64,000 nucleotides of DNA, taken from Octopus bimaculoides (Eukaryota). Made by a program: the position numbers and the translations under genes. This document shows, one piece after another, positions 24,600 through 39,168 of this stretch (the stretch's first letter is position 1; each line of letters starts with the position of its first letter). The notes under the pieces are model-generated. The model was not told the DNA's origin and ran no database searches. It saw only the letters and a list, made by a program, of their open reading frames with translations. Location: NCBI RefSeq assembly GCF_001194135.2, contig NC_068982.1:11723080-11787079 (forward strand). The letters run 5' to 3'.

Positions 24600-27371
24600 T
24601 ATAACGTTAGCAGAGAGAAGTGGCTGGGCATAAAACAAATGAAATATAGTGTATAAGAATCGAGGCTATGCTGGTACAGATATATAATGTGTGTGAAAGG
24701 TGAGAGTTCAGTAAATAAATGCCAAGTGGAAGGCACTAGTTTGGAGGAAGACCAAGAGAAATATAGAAAGATGTGGTGAAGCCTGATTTCAAGAGGTGGA
24801 ACTTCTTAATGAATAGGACAAAGGACTGCACCAAATGATGAAATGCTCAATCGAAGAAGACATAACCAACTTATATAAATATTAATAAAAAGAAATAAAA
24901 TCACCATCATTGTTTTACATCTAATTTTCCATGTTGGCATGGGTTAGACAGATTTTGTAAGGCAGTGTTTTATAGTTGGATGCCCTTCCTGTCATCAGCC
25001 CTTTTAGTTGCCTCATATGGTATTCAGGGGCGTGGTGCAGCTGTTATAAAACCGAAACCTAAAAGGATAATGATGAGGATGATTCATAGAATATTAGAAA
25101 ATTTCTAATATATAATATAAAGGGGGCAAATAAAATACATACAATAAAGCCATATTGAACATGAAAAATGAATTGAAAATTGGCATGCACAGTATATTGT
25201 TGCACCAACTGCACAATTCATTATTAAGAAAGCTATGTTGAATATGATGGAGGTGAATAAATACATGATGTAATACAGAAATATGTAACAGCTACACTGC
25301 TCAAGCTAACAGATGCAATATTTTATATTTTCCTCTATATAAATTTTATTGGTTTAATCAAATCCATTAATATTTCAATCACATGCAGTATCCCCCCCAG
25401 AGTAGCATTATTAATCAACAACTTGGCTGCTCTCCAATTCCTGTTACAGTTGTAGATTTTGAATCCACATAATAGAGACTTGAGAATTCCAAACAGCAAT
25501 TTTGTGAATGCAATTAAAGCAGATGTCTTGGAGACGATTGTCAGTTTTTATTTAAAATGATACTTTAAACACAGATTAATTCACACACATAGACATACTT
25601 ATAAATACACAAACATACACACACACACACACACACATGCATATACTCTTACATCTTTTTCTCAGCTCATCTATAACTATCTTTCGGGCTTATCTTATAC
25701 ATTCTATTAATCATTCTCTGTTCATGTCTTGCTAGGAATTGGGGATCTTATTTATTGCTATGCAACAACATAATTCTTTTATGCAAAGAGATAGCTCATT
25801 TGTTGTTAAAAGGAGGCTCTCTAAATATATTCCAGTTACTATAAGATATATCTACATATTTTTGTACCATCAAATCACCTCTGTCACTGATTAAGTTGCA
25901 CACATAATATTATCTAAACAATTGATTTATTGGGATTATCTTCAAGACTCTGGACTCTTAACCTCTTAACAAGTTTTAAAATCACTTTCAGTTTTCCATA
26001 TCAACCCTGAAAAGAAAAGCATACAGTGTGTTTAAGTGAATTCCTAATGCAACTTTATTGTGTATAATGTTCTGAGAAGTTTCAGCATTAATGCAGAATC
26101 AAAAAAGTTAAATGAAGAAACCTGGTCTTATTGGAACCAAAGCTTTAACTGCCTAAAAGATATATCAAAGTACATTTAGCATCCTTCCTATGCAAATTAA
26201 CTTGACATCCAAATTAATTTCCCTCATGGCCAATCAGACTTGAACAAATTATACTCTTTTCATTTTCAATCGATTATTTTATTTATAAATATTCTTCCAA
26301 AACAAGAAAGAAGCAGAAACACTATGGGAGTCTATTTTCCCAATAAAACAAATCCAAGCTATCGGCTTAATCCAAGATTGTTATCAACACATTATCTCGT
26401 ATCATCTGGACAAAAAGGTTGCATAAATGTTTTTTGAAGGAAGACAACATAAGGATATGATAGATGCTTGATGGACTAATTATTATCTAACTACGTATGT
26501 AAGTCTCTTGAATGGAGACCAAAAATAATATTTAGCATTGTTGTATGTTACTACAGTCGTTGCAAGTAGCACAAATGCTATAAGGAAATATCTGGGTATT
26601 CAGGCTCATGTAATCTTCTGTTGTCTCCTCTGTATCTTTCAGTTATTCAAGAAATAACTCACTCAGAGTCAGCTCAACTCCATCCATCATACATTGTTTT
26701 TCTATCAATATAAGCTCCGTGTCCTTATGCTTCTGTCAAATACTGATGATAGATTATTTACTTCCCTCAGCTCACTATCCTTTTGTTTAAATTCTATGTC
26801 AGTTCAGACAAAATCATGGATGAAATCACAAACCTATGACAACTCAATGAAAGAAGATTGTCCAAGGGTGATGGACACATAAAGGGGACACTCTAGGATC
26901 ACTCACTATTAATAAAATTTATGACGGTGATGATAGATGCTGAACAGGGAAAAAGACAAAGTGAGGACTGGGATTTTCATTTATAAATTTTTCCCCTGCT
27001 TGTTCTGACATGCTGGAAATGAGTACAATAGATCAGCAGTTATCAAGGTCAGAGAGGGCACAGCCCTTTTTTTTTTTTTAGGTCCGCAGATACATGGTTG
27101 TAAGTTTCTGTAAGGTGGAGTGGATATCACATGAAAGAAAAATGTTGAAGAATGTGAAGACAACAGGTATCAGCTCAAGAGATCACTGTTATAGAGTGAT
27201 GGCAGGTCAGTGTCAGGTTCTCATTTTATGGTAATTTTTTTGTGAAGTGAGTTATATCAAGCAGATAATCCTATGGAGATAAAGACTATTATGGGAGAGT
27301 AATCCTTGAGCCTGGAGAATCACCAAGTGTGTTGGTCAGCTAATGAGACTAATTGGTTCAGACACTTCATA

Positions 27372-27737
27372 ATTATCTCCACATCAGCGATGGCAGAGGT
27401 ATTGTTTTCAGTTGTGTTTGTTTGTCTGTGGACAAGATATCACAAGAACCACTGGATGGATTCGGATGAAACTTTCAGGGATATTTGGCCTCATGACTGG
27501 CATGAACTGATTAGATTTTGGGATTGATCTGGTACCGGACAAGGATTCTGGATTATTTTTCCGGTTTTTTACTTAATTTTTGAGAGTGGTCTGGTTCATT
27601 TTTAGTATTCTCATTTGTGAGAGCAGTCAAGGTTATTTCAGATATCCTTATTTTAAAATTCATCTCTGGCTAATCGTTGAAAGGATGTTGGTGTTGCCTT
27701 GGTGGAGGTTTGTGCTCTCTGAGTGCTCTTCCTGGTA
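27372..27737 (+). mobile_element. Helentron/HINE-like non-autonomous element
   Basis: 5' atctccacatcagcgatggcagagg hairpin, gtttgtttgtctgt, subterminal ccttggtggagg and 3' stem gtgctctctgagtgc. Confidence 0.55.
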
Positions 27738-27780
27738 TTCATGCTAAGTGTGGTGGGAGTGAGAGGGTGAAGAATAGTTT

Positions 27781-28143
27781 CTTTTTATTCTTTCACTTGT
27801 TTCAAGAGTCACCTTGAAGAACTTTAGTCAAATGAATTGACTCCAGAACTTATTTCTTTTAATGCCTGGTACTTATTCTGTCAGTCTCTTTTGCCAAACC
27901 ACTAAGTTATGGAGATGTAAATACACCAACACTGGTTGTTAAGTGGTGGTGGGATACAAACACAGCACACACACATCTATACATAAGTTGGGCTCCTTTC
28001 AGTTTTTGCCTGGTTTTTGCAAAGCTTTGATCAGCCTGAGGCTGTAGAAGAAGACACTTGCCCTAGGTGTCATGCAGTGGGACTGAACCCAGGATCATGT
28101 GGTTGGGAAGCAAATGTCTTACCACACAGCTACACTTGTGTGT
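27781..28143 (-). mobile_element. SINE family A
   Basis: Family architecture. Confidence 0.75.
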
Positions 28144-28247
28144 ATTTAAATCACTGATGACAATAACTTGAGAGAAAAGTGAACTGAGATAAATGGCTTC
28201 AACGCCAACTGGACAGAGAGACAGATGAAATACTATAAGTGATTTCA

Positions 28248-28467
28248 CCCTTTAGCATTCAGATTACTCTATCAAGTGTAATGCTTATTTATTGATATTG
28301 ATTTGAATTAGTCATGTGTTATCTTGTAGCTTTGAAATTTCAATGGTGTGATTATTTATTTCAAGAATGATATCATAAGGTAAGTGGGAAAAACCAGATA
28401 TGGCTGGCTTGAACATAAAACAGGTTGAATATTTTGGCTGGATATGGCCAATTTAAATGCTAAAAGG
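28248..28467 (-). mobile_element. piggyBac-like MITE P1
   Basis: CCCTTTAGCATT ... AATGCTAAAAGG|TTAA. Confidence 0.65.
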
Positions 28468-29760
28468 TTAAGAAGTCTTGAGAATGGCAGAGCAAATGAA
28501 CTTAAGAAAATGGAGTGGGCCAGTGACTTCCTAAGCTAATTAGAATTTTTCTTTTTTATTAATGTAGCCAATGAGTCTTGGAAAAAGTGGATTCTTCAGA
28601 TGTGCAGACATCACTTTCAGGAAATATGTAAAGCAGATATAAGTTAGATATAGAGAGTGAAAGACTTTGCGTTTGAGGGAAGAATAGTATGTACAGCTTA
28701 TATATGAGTAAAATGTGATTTATAAGATCTAACCTGAAGTTTACAGATACTGGTGTTAAGTAGAGTTATTGTCTGTCATTTTTGTAGATTTTGACATTAA
28801 AATATAGATATGGGAAGATATAGTATTTTTCAGGTTTGGAGCTGCTGACAGAAACGATTTTATAAGTATATAATATAGATAATTTTAAATCTCGTTTGAT
28901 GACTTTAAAAAGCAAATTCATATTTGTTTTACAGAATAGAAAAACAGTATTTGCTTTTAAATTGATTTATCTTCAAAAGAAGATTTAGTTAATTCTATTT
29001 TAACATAATCCTTTTAAGCTTGATGGAAGAAGCTAATGGTTGTAGATTTTCAGGTGAGACTCAGTGTTGTTGTGGCTGTTCTAAGAGTAATTTAGTGTTG
29101 CAGCATCGTTTGAAATGGTAGAAATGGCTTCAAGTTGAATTGACTTAAGATTTGGAACTTCCAGGAGAACACGACCATGAGATTTGTGACCTGGGGCAAG
29201 TTTGATAGAGCAATTTGCATTCTCTTTGAAATATGGTTCCATGCCAAAAAACAGTGATTAGTTGGAACCTGTGAAACTCAATTAAAAGCTTTGTTGATGT
29301 TATGAGCAATATTCTGGTATATGCCAAACATTTTTTGATGGCAATTTATGAAGAAATCGTTAGAACACCTGGCAAAATGCTAAGTGATATTTCATCCATC
29401 TTTATGTTCTGAGTTCAAATTCAGCTAAGGTCAACTTTGCCTTTCATCCTTTCTGGGTCAATAAAATAAGTACCAGGTAGGGGACTCCAAAAGGGGTCTT
29501 AGGGAGTAGTGTCCCTGTCTTCCTGAGCTAGTTTTCTACCACATTTCTTAAAAGTCATGGTAGAGGCCTTGGTCTTGGGACCGCTTATGTCTAGAAACTG
29601 AGGTTGGAGGTAAGCAAGGGCATGTTCCCCTTAGAAAATCCAGCTCCAAAAAAGCCTCATGATAGCAAAAGAGGATGGGCACCAGCCAGCCCAAAGGTTA
29701 GGGTGGGCTGCATCTGCCTACCTCGGTTGCTATGGCATTGGGTTGTGTGTATGTATTTAA

Positions 29761-29981
29761 CCCTTTGGTTACTGTATTTATTTTGAGATGCTTTGTGTTT
29801 CTTTCAATTAATTTTAAATATAACAAAGAATTTAGTAAAATAACTTTGTTATCATTCAGCTAGTGTTAGGAACATAAATTGTGACTAAGGTTTGGTGGAA
29901 GATTTTAATTCAGAACTTATGAAAACAAGACATTTGTACTCAGAGCCAGAGCTGGTTTCAGCCGGGTTGGTAACGAAAGGG
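29761..29981. mobile_element. piggyBac-like MITE family P2
   Basis: TTAA|CCCTTTGGTTAC ... GTAACGAAAGGG|TTAA, with TTAA on both sides. Confidence 0.85.
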
Positions 29982-31881
29982 TTAAATATGTATATACATA
30001 CACATTTGTAAATATGCATGTGTGTGTGTGAGAGAGAGAGTGCAAAGGATTACTGCTAAATTTGTGCATTAAGTAAAAATACTGTGGCATTTAATCTATG
30101 CAGCTTACATTCCTTTTACACCAAAGAATAATTACCAATTCAATTCAATAGTGACTGGTAAAATAAATACTAGACAAAATATACCAAAGTCAAAAAAACA
30201 AAAACCAATCGACATCCTTACCCTAAGTCAGTGCTCCAGCATGGTCACAAATCAAAAACTGAAAGCTGCAAAAGAACTAGCAAAAAAAATTAGTCTGTAG
30301 TGTTACTGTAGGTTGGACATGAGTGTTTGATTACCGTCCTTATCAAAAGGTTATGTCATTTTGATAGAATTTCAGATTGAAAGCATTTGATCACAAACAT
30401 ATGGACAGGTTGAAGGAGATCTGGCTGTGATTTTAAGCAAACCCAGCAACTATGCATTAATTCCATGTGTATTCTTAGATGGAAAAAGGAAGAATGCCTG
30501 TTGAGTTTTAATGAATTTTGGCTTGATTCCTGAAGCTGACTTCAAGATTCAGGGGAGAAAACAGAGAGCATGTGTATGTGCATGTACCAAATGTATATGT
30601 GTGTATATATATAAGGTTAAAATAGGAAAAGTGAATTAATCATTGTAACAATAGTGATACTTTTATAGGAAGTATAAAGCTAAAATTTTGTTGGTTTTTA
30701 TCATTGTTTCTTTTTTTTTTCAGTTTTTTTTCAAATGCAAAATGAAATATGAGTCAGTTTTTCCCTCTCTTTTCATTTAACTCCATCTTAATGGGAATAA
30801 TTTGATAGTGGTTGTGAGGTTAGTGGTAAAGTTCAATTTTGAAAGTTCCCTACAACCTTTGTTCAAGAGGTTATATACACATACGTACATACATCTGTAT
30901 CTCTCTCTCTCTATATGTATATATGTATATATATATATATATATATNNNNNNNNNNNNNNNNNNNNNNNNNNNNNNNNNNNNNNNNNNNNNNNNNNNNNN
31001 NNNNNNNNNNNNNNNNNNNNNNNNNNNNNNNNNNNNNNNNNNNNNNNNNNNNNNNNNNNNNNNNNNNNNNNNNNNNNNNNNNNNNNNNNNNNNNNNNNNN
31101 NNNNNNNNNNNNNNNNNNNNNNNNNNNNNNNNNNNNNNNNNNNNNNNNNNNNNNNNNNNNNNNNNNNNNNNNNNNNNNNNNNNNNNNNNNNNNNNTATGT
31201 GTGTGTGTGTGTGTTTGTGTGTGTATGTAACAAGGACATATACACAGTGTTGGTACAGTTATATGTAATGAACATAAAAGAAAACAATTGCAGTCCCCTT
31301 AAGATATATACATATAGTTGCCGTGAAAAAAAATGTGTTGAATACTTGCTGATTAATACAACAAAGACTGAACAAAGAGCAATGAAATTTAATAAAAGAA
31401 AAATACTGTAACATACCTATCAAAAAATTTTTTTTTTAAATAAAATAAAATGTTACTCTGTATAAGTTCAGCAGCCAAGATAAGAATGAGTTAGATTCCA
31501 TGCTTTTTTTTTTTTTTCTTTTTTGCTACATTTATTTTAAAAAATTTATGCTCAATTGTACAGATACTGTCTTATTGATTGAATTTAAAAAAAAAATGTT
31601 CTTAGGCTGCTGCTGTTGCGTATGAACTAAAAACAAAACTTGTAGAGCAATCGAGCAATTCCTTTTTCACTCTCCTTCTACTTTTCTCTTTTAAAATCAC
31701 ATATGTATGAAACAATTTGGCATATCTATTACAGTGTTCTATATATAGTAATGTGCAAAGTATAGCTTGATAGCATTGAAAATGGAGGAAATTTCATTGA
31801 TGTATTTAATACTGGATCAGATTATTACATTAAATATCTGAGTTGAATTTACACTCACATTTTTTTAATGATCATAATGAA

Positions 31882-31934
<53 letters not shown>

Positions 31935-32299
31935 NNNNNNNNNNNNNNNNNNNNNNNNNNNNNNNNNNNNNNNNNNNNNNNNNNNNNNNNNNNNNNNNNN
32001 NNNNNNNNNNNNNNNNNNNNNNNNNNNNNNNNNNNNNNNNNNNNNNNNNNNNNNNNNNNNNNNNNNNNNNNNNNNNNNNNNNNNNNNNNNNNNNNNNNNN
32101 NNNNNNNNNNNNNNNNNNNNNNNNNNNNNNNNNNNNNNNNNNNNNNNNNNNNNNNNNNNNNNNNNNNNNNNNNNNNNNNNNNNNNNNNNNNNNNNNAGCT
32201 AAGATAGACTCTACTTATCAACACACATGCAAATTTCAGTCATTGGTTAATACATCATGTAAAAGTAACTAATTTCTTTACCCCCACCCCTTCCCTCAG

Positions 32300-32353
<54 letters not shown>

Positions 32354-32804
32354 AATAATAATTCCTGTAGGAATAGATCAGCAGTACTTTAATGATCATC
32401 AGAATGAAATGTTATTTTAGGATCAGTATAAAACCAAGTTATTAAGTGCAGAGAGGAAGGAAAAATATATAAAAAAAAAAAATGACAAATTAATGTATAG
32501 ATTGTAGCTGGATTTTACTTCAACGATCTATTTAGAGTATATTTATTATGTTGACTCTTGTGCTATGAAAATCCCATTTCCCCACCATCTCTCTAATCTG
32601 TCACTGATTTGAATATATTTACTCCCTAAAGAACATATTAACATTTACAATTTCACTCAATTCTGTTCTTTACAACTCTGTTTCCAACACATGTATTGTC
32701 GACTAAGATGATGGAAAACTGTTTTTTAAAATTTTTTTGCTAATCTGTTTCCATTAATAGATATTTGTATGTTAATATTTTATTCCAACAGTAGTCGTAC
32801 TTAC

Positions 32805-32847
32805 TTTGGTCATCAGTCTGTTTATTGATACTTGTCTTGCCACAATT
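32805..32847 (-). CDS. candidate 43-nt internal exon (IVARQVSINRLMTK or NCGKTSINKQTDDQ), gene unknown
   Basis: Minus strand tgttttattcacag|...CCAAA|gtaagt, consensus splice sites. Confidence 0.3.
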
Positions 32848-34639
32848 CTGTGAATAAAACAGTAAATAAAGAGTATATCAATAAATACCCTCACTGTCTG
32901 GAAATTATAAAAACAAACAGTCATTCTCAGTCATTTCCATTCAGTAAATAAAACATTAAATTAAATTTGTTTCAATTTTTATTGCCACGAGAAACTTCAT
33001 TTTGTGATATTTCTATTGTTTACATTTCCTATTTTATTTATTTTATTCCACGTATTTATTTTAGTACAAGATTTCACTGTGTTTTTACCTATTAACAAGG
33101 CTGTCTTAAAAGCATTAAAGGTGCCAGTACAAAGCTTTGCACCAAGGCTTCAAGATGTACAACTACAGCATACATGGGTTAGCATTAGGATTTAAAATCT
33201 ATGGGGTACCTGGGTAATTTCCCAGAGTACCCATGCCTAATCAGTCACATCCTAAACATTGTTCACTTCCCAGAACTTTATCCTTCTGGAAATTCCTCTT
33301 TGTCTGCTTTTCCCTTCACAACTATTAATCTATAATCATTTAAACTGAAAGACTAACAATGTTAACCCTACCATATTGTATGTCTCCTTGACTATGAATG
33401 TGGGAAAAAGCTATAGACGTTAGATTTCACTCATTAACTACTGAAAAAGATAAAAATAAATACAAAAAAAAAAAAGGAGTCAACTGTCTCTTTCCGTAAC
33501 TCTAAGTCATCAAGTGTTTAAAAGGTCAGACAGTGACCACTTAAGGCAAATCTCCAGTACTTTACCATGCTTTGGTATTTCATTAAATTAAAGAATCAGT
33601 CAGCGGTGAGTGTCCGTTTTTGGCATGTATTCATTCACATTCACAGCCTCATTATAAATCGCAATTCAATTCAACTTATTGAATTTGTATAGAAATATAA
33701 TACAATGGAAAGTTCTTGCAGCTGAAGTTACTGGAACAACAATTAAAATTTCTCAAATGACAATAATGACATTCAATACATTAGTAAATATTGCAATGAT
33801 ATAATAATTACAACAAGAGCACAAATATGTTTGGACATATGAGAACAAACAGATGTCCTTATATATACAAAATCCCATCAATGGGGCAACTTTCTCTTTC
33901 ATCTTTTGGGTGTTGATTAAAAGTACAAATCCGAGGCAGTGGATTGGTAGATATATAAGAATAGTGAACTTGGTGCCTTGGGGTATTTGTTCCACTCCAT
34001 TGCATTCTGAGTTCAAATCTTGCCATACCCTTCTTGGGTAATAGAATTAACCCGCTGCTTGGTTTAATACCACCACTTGGTATCATGAGTGCCTTAGCAG
34101 AGTCCACTCTGTTGCAAGGATAGGGATCAGGTTTTTCATTCAGGAATACCTTTTTTCTCCCTTCCTTCAGTCTTGGAGTCCCTGTAACATGTTATGGGCT
34201 CTAGCTCCTCTGATTTGGAAAAGAAACTGTTTCTGAATAAAAATTTGTACACCAGAAGGTATCTGTAGTGCCTACGAGATTGTTTTGGAGTGAACTGACA
34301 CCCCCACACGTGGCTGTCAGTGGACTGGATGAGTTTTATAAATAGAATGAGCCAGTAGATAGCTGAGGTCGAACTGTGAGAGCGTGAGTCTCATTATTGA
34401 TTCTGGAGTATTGGATTGTTATTGTGTGAATGGTTATAAGAAGGTAACCAATTCTTATTACATCATTTATTGTTATACGGCTATATTTAGTACTGTGATA
34501 TATTATTACACACACACACACACACACACATACACACACACACACACACACATCATATATTGTCACTGGTAATATAACAGAGATAAAAGCAAAATGAGCA
34601 AAATGTGAAGCTAGAGTTTAAAATGATGCCAGGCTCTAT

Positions 34640-34970
34640 GTGCAGTTAACAGGCATTGGGCTGGGAGTGAAATGTCTAAGATTACTTGTGCAGATGTTTC
34701 CAAGAGATATGTAAAAAGCACTTGTGCTAGTGTCACAGTAAAAGCACTTGTGCTGGTGCTACATATAAAGCATTGGTGCTGGTGCCTCATAAAAAGCATC
34801 CTGGTACACCCTGTAAAGTGGCTGATGTTAGGAAGAGCATCCAACTGTAGAAACCATGCCAAATCAAACAAAATGGAGCCAAAGCAGCTCTTCAGCTAGC
34901 TGGCTCCTGTCAAACTGTCCAACCCATGACAGCATGGGAAACGGATGGTAAATGATAATGGTGATGGATA
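34640..34970 (+). mobile_element. old RTE-LINE 3' end (family B)
   Basis: gttaggaagagcatccaactgtagaaacc...aacccatgacagcatgg...tgataatggtgatg. Confidence 0.55.
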
Positions 34971-37900
34971 ACTATCTTACTATGCTGCTATGTAGTTGGT
35001 ACAAATGAAGTAGCATTAAAAGGGTGTAAATCATTTTTCGGATATTGTGTAGCTTTATAGAGAATGCATTTGACCATTTAAATGGCTGTTGAGTCAATGG
35101 AACTATTTAATATAGCTGTAGGAACAGTTACTCTCACAATCCATTATTTATGTCCAGTCCTTCATTTCACATTAAGGAGTTGCATTTGAAATATGTAAGA
35201 GGATGTGTATACCTTAGAATAATAGTTCTCAAGCTTTTAGTATCAATGTACCACTTCCTCATGTCTGGCAGTTTTGGCATTTTCTGTGTAGAGAATACAG
35301 CGAAAATGGTTGGATACTGTAGAAAAGATGATGAACATGGTTTGCTGTTTAATTGAATGAGTCAATTTCCTACCATGGTAGTCTTTTACATTCATCTTTC
35401 TAAGGTCAGTTAAATAGTTCTGGAGTTAATATAATCAACTATCCCACCAAAATTTCTGGGCTTGTGCTTATATAAGAAATAATTTAATGTTACATTTCAG
35501 AAAGGTTAAAATTTTTTTGTTCACAATCATAAGTGGATGGGAACCGTAAAAGACTCTCCACACATTTTCTAGACACAGTTTATATTTTGTTGGCTGTAGT
35601 TACTTAAAACATTCTGGTGTTCCTAGTTTGTTTATTCCCACTGTGCTAAGATGAGCATGTGTGTCTCATGTATAGCCAATGGCTACCAGGATGAACTCAC
35701 ACAATCATTTGTTATTATCATGAAAGCATTTCATGAATACCTTTTGACATAGAAAAGAGCAATGGAAGAGAGAGAGAGAGAGAGAGAAAAGCTCTAAGTC
35801 ATAAGTGACTGACATATGTTAGGTGCTGTATCATAGTAACAATCTAATTATTACAGGCACCTGCTCCTTCATTATAAGAAAAGTCATTGTAATAAGAATC
35901 TGGGTTGAGTGTTTTTATCTGATCATATCTTTTGGTCAGTAGTATATTGCGGTGAAGTTTTAAAATATTCTGTTTTTTCAAATACAGTAAAAAGCTATTT
36001 TCAAATCATATTATGAGAAACATAAATAAGTATACGAAATTCTAAATGTTATTCTTGGCTTACTTTAGTGAGATAGTGTAAATTTCGAAGCTTACATCAT
36101 GTTATAAAAGATTTGCGTTTTAAACTATTTTTATAGAATTTTTTTATTTTTATTTTTTTTTTTATCAGTGACAACTACATTTATATGATATTCTAAAATT
36201 TTCAATATCTGACAATCTACCTTGCCCAGATCATAGAAAAATATATTTGTTGCAAAGGCTTATGACCAAAAATGGTTTGAAAAATACTGATTTATCAGAT
36301 ATTGCTTTTACAATGGTACTAGACTATCACTATGTGGAAGAAGAACATTATACAAAGTGTCAATAACTTCTATAGCTGAATATTCGGTATTAGTACTTGG
36401 AACAACTCAATACAAAATATCAATACATTCCATCAATTGTTTGGATTTTTATTTACTGTTTATCATAAGTTTTCCTTTTAGCTCCATGGCATTTTGATCT
36501 GATCAATACATGTTACTGTGCTGTTTAAGGACCCATATTTGAATAAATCACATTCCCCAAGCTTTTTAAATTTTTTATTTTTATTTATGAACAAAAGTTT
36601 GATATTTCAGATATTCAGAAGCTTATTTTTACATAAATTTTAAATCTTTCGAAATATATTTGGAGTTTAGAAAAGAAAATGTTATAAAAACAATCTCTTC
36701 GAAATTTGTACAGCTATATTCAAATAATTGAATAATTTTTATATCGAACCTCTTATTTATCATATATTGTGTGCTCAGATGTTCTAGGAAAAAACAGTGT
36801 GTATGTGTGTGTGTGTGTGGGGGGGAGTCTGAAGGGAAAGACAAAGAGGGAATGTGAGAGGTAGCTAGGAATAGGGATTGAAAAAGTAGCTGGAGAAAAA
36901 CAGGAGTGACAATGGAATATACACTGTTATGAAGAGAGCAAAAAAGAGAAAAGATAGTTTCTACTACTGAGAAAGAGAGAGAGAGAGAAGAAGAAAGTCA
37001 ACTAAATACATTGTATATCATGTAACTAAATGAAAAGTGTAGATATCATTTCTCTACTACAAACAAGCAGGAGAGACAAATGTTATTTAGTTTGTCTGTG
37101 ATGTTTTGGTGCATTAATTGTAATTTAACTTTGATATTCCTTATATATTAAGCAAATTTTTTAGAAATATCAAAAAAGGGGTATAGTTTTAGTTCATAGT
37201 TGATAGGGCATGCAATGATACCCGGGCTCAAATTATATGTATATATGATATACAAGGCAACCAGCTTTATATTGCAATATATTATAAAACATATGGGAAT
37301 ATCATTATGGAATTTCAGAATATCAGTATTTATATTTTATTAGGCTTTTTTTTATTTATCTTTATATATATATATATATATATATATATGGTGTTTTCTG
37401 TGTATAAAAGTAGTGTGTGTGTGTCCCACAATTCTAAGACCCATAATTTTCTGTATCTGAAAAAATTCATCTCCATTCTTTTTACAGTTTAAAAAAGCTT
37501 ACAAGGTGAAATGCTCAAAGTAACCGTTTCCATTTTCCAACCAAAATAAATAAAATTCTCTATAAAATGTATTGAGTTCATTATTTGGCTGATGCATTAT
37601 TGCTTTTTTTTTTTTGCTTTTTCTCTACAATACAAAACACAATAATTATTGTATATCATGTTTCGGTTATATGGGAATGGAAGATGAAAAGAAGCTGGAG
37701 TAATCAATTTAATATGGTTTCAAGAAACTGTAGTTAGAAATTGATGGCAGCACATATCCTGTAGAATTCCAGTGAGAAACATCTGAAATGAGTGTGTTTA
37801 TTGCTTAGGGCAGATTCTAAGTGAGTATAGATAGGTACGACGGTGCTTGTATGAGGATGTGCTATTGATGGGAGAAGACAACATGGCAATTAGGTAAGAC

Positions 37901-38967
37901 TAATGTCTATGGTTAAGTGACAGTTTGACAGTCTGGTGTTTTCCACTTTCAGGATGCTAATACTTTGGTCTTTTGTCAATCATTGCACAATCCCATCAAT
38001 AGGACAAGTATTCTGTAATGGAGTGTATTTCTATGTTTTAAATTGTATATAACTACTCTAGGATTAAATTTGTTCTATACATTCCTCCTGCTGTTGGTGA
38101 ATACTGAGTTCTGTGTCAACTGTCAATTATCTGGAGTGAAAACTATATTGACTATAAGACAGGAGCTTTCTGAAGGTTGTGGGAAATGGCATAGATATCT
38201 ACAGAGCTTTTTTTTCTTTCTTTTTTTCTTTTTTTTCGGAAGTCACTCCCAACAGTATGGCATATAAACAGCCAATGAAGAGGCCTCAAGCAACTGCTTG
38301 TTTTGTTAAGAGATGCAAAGGAAAAGCAAAGCAATGTCTAATGAGAAACTGCCATAAAATGAGGAAATGATCAACACAAGATTTCAAAGAATTAAGGTTG
38401 TATCTCTCATGGAAACATGAAGGAAGAGAATTTCATAAGACACATGTTCAAGGAAAGAAAGTGACTTGAGTAGAGACTTTTTACAAGAGGGTCAACAACA
38501 ATAAATGAATGAGGATTTATAGAAAGATAAGGCATTTGATTAGCAACTTTGAGAGAAGGAACGAGGGAAGAAAGTTCAGCAGAACAATGATCATGAAAGA
38601 AGCAATATCTTGGCATTCAGAGAAGGGTTCAAGTTTACTTGCCAAAACAGGAGCAGCAATGTTAAGAACTTAAGAGATAAACCCCAGTAGTTGTTTCAAC
38701 TTCAATATTCACTCTTTTACCTCCATAGAATGCCGGCATTCTTTCTATAAGCTGAAAATAGGGTATATGATTCAACATTGCTGGAGAAGAGTGAATTTCT
38801 TTTAGTACTGTAGAAAGTAACTTCATGTTTTGTAGATATCCTTTGATCCCAAAGGGGAGAGTGAAGTTGGTGTGTGTATATATATATATGTATATATATA
38901 TCCAGCTGCCATGATTGTGCGTGAGCTCCAAAAGCTTTTTTATTCTCTCTGTTTATTTCCTCGTGTT

Positions 38968-39005
38968 CCTTTCTGTTGAAGAGTGTAGGTTCGAAATGTA
39001 AAAGA
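38968..39005 (+). ncRNA. very compact hammerhead-like motif with CUGUUGA core variant
   Basis: cttt-CTGTTGA-a-gag tgtagg ttc-GAAA-tg-TA-aaag; 4-bp helix I. Confidence 0.4.
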
Positions 39006-39168
39006 CTTTCTCACCTTCCCGAGCATTAAACTAATACACCTGTTTGTTGTTTATATACCTGTCTTTGTCTTTTGTTTTCCTGTAAATTCCAAATATATAT
39101 ATGTATATATGTAGGTATATATTTTAAATGATTGATATGGAAGATAGAGTGTAACTAGAAGTTTTATT

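Noticed and set aside
22541-27099. Plus-strand micro-exon candidates (YEYANRKHYPVYNQF at about 22541; VRRYMV at about 27082)
   Set aside because: Isolated, with no consistent chain or homology; expected by chance in AT-rich DNA.
29480-29740. GC-richer segment as an RTE 5' UTR carrying an HDV-like ribozyme (also checked near 50930-51130)
   Set aside because: I could not build the nested double pseudoknot by eye; a descriptor search would be needed.
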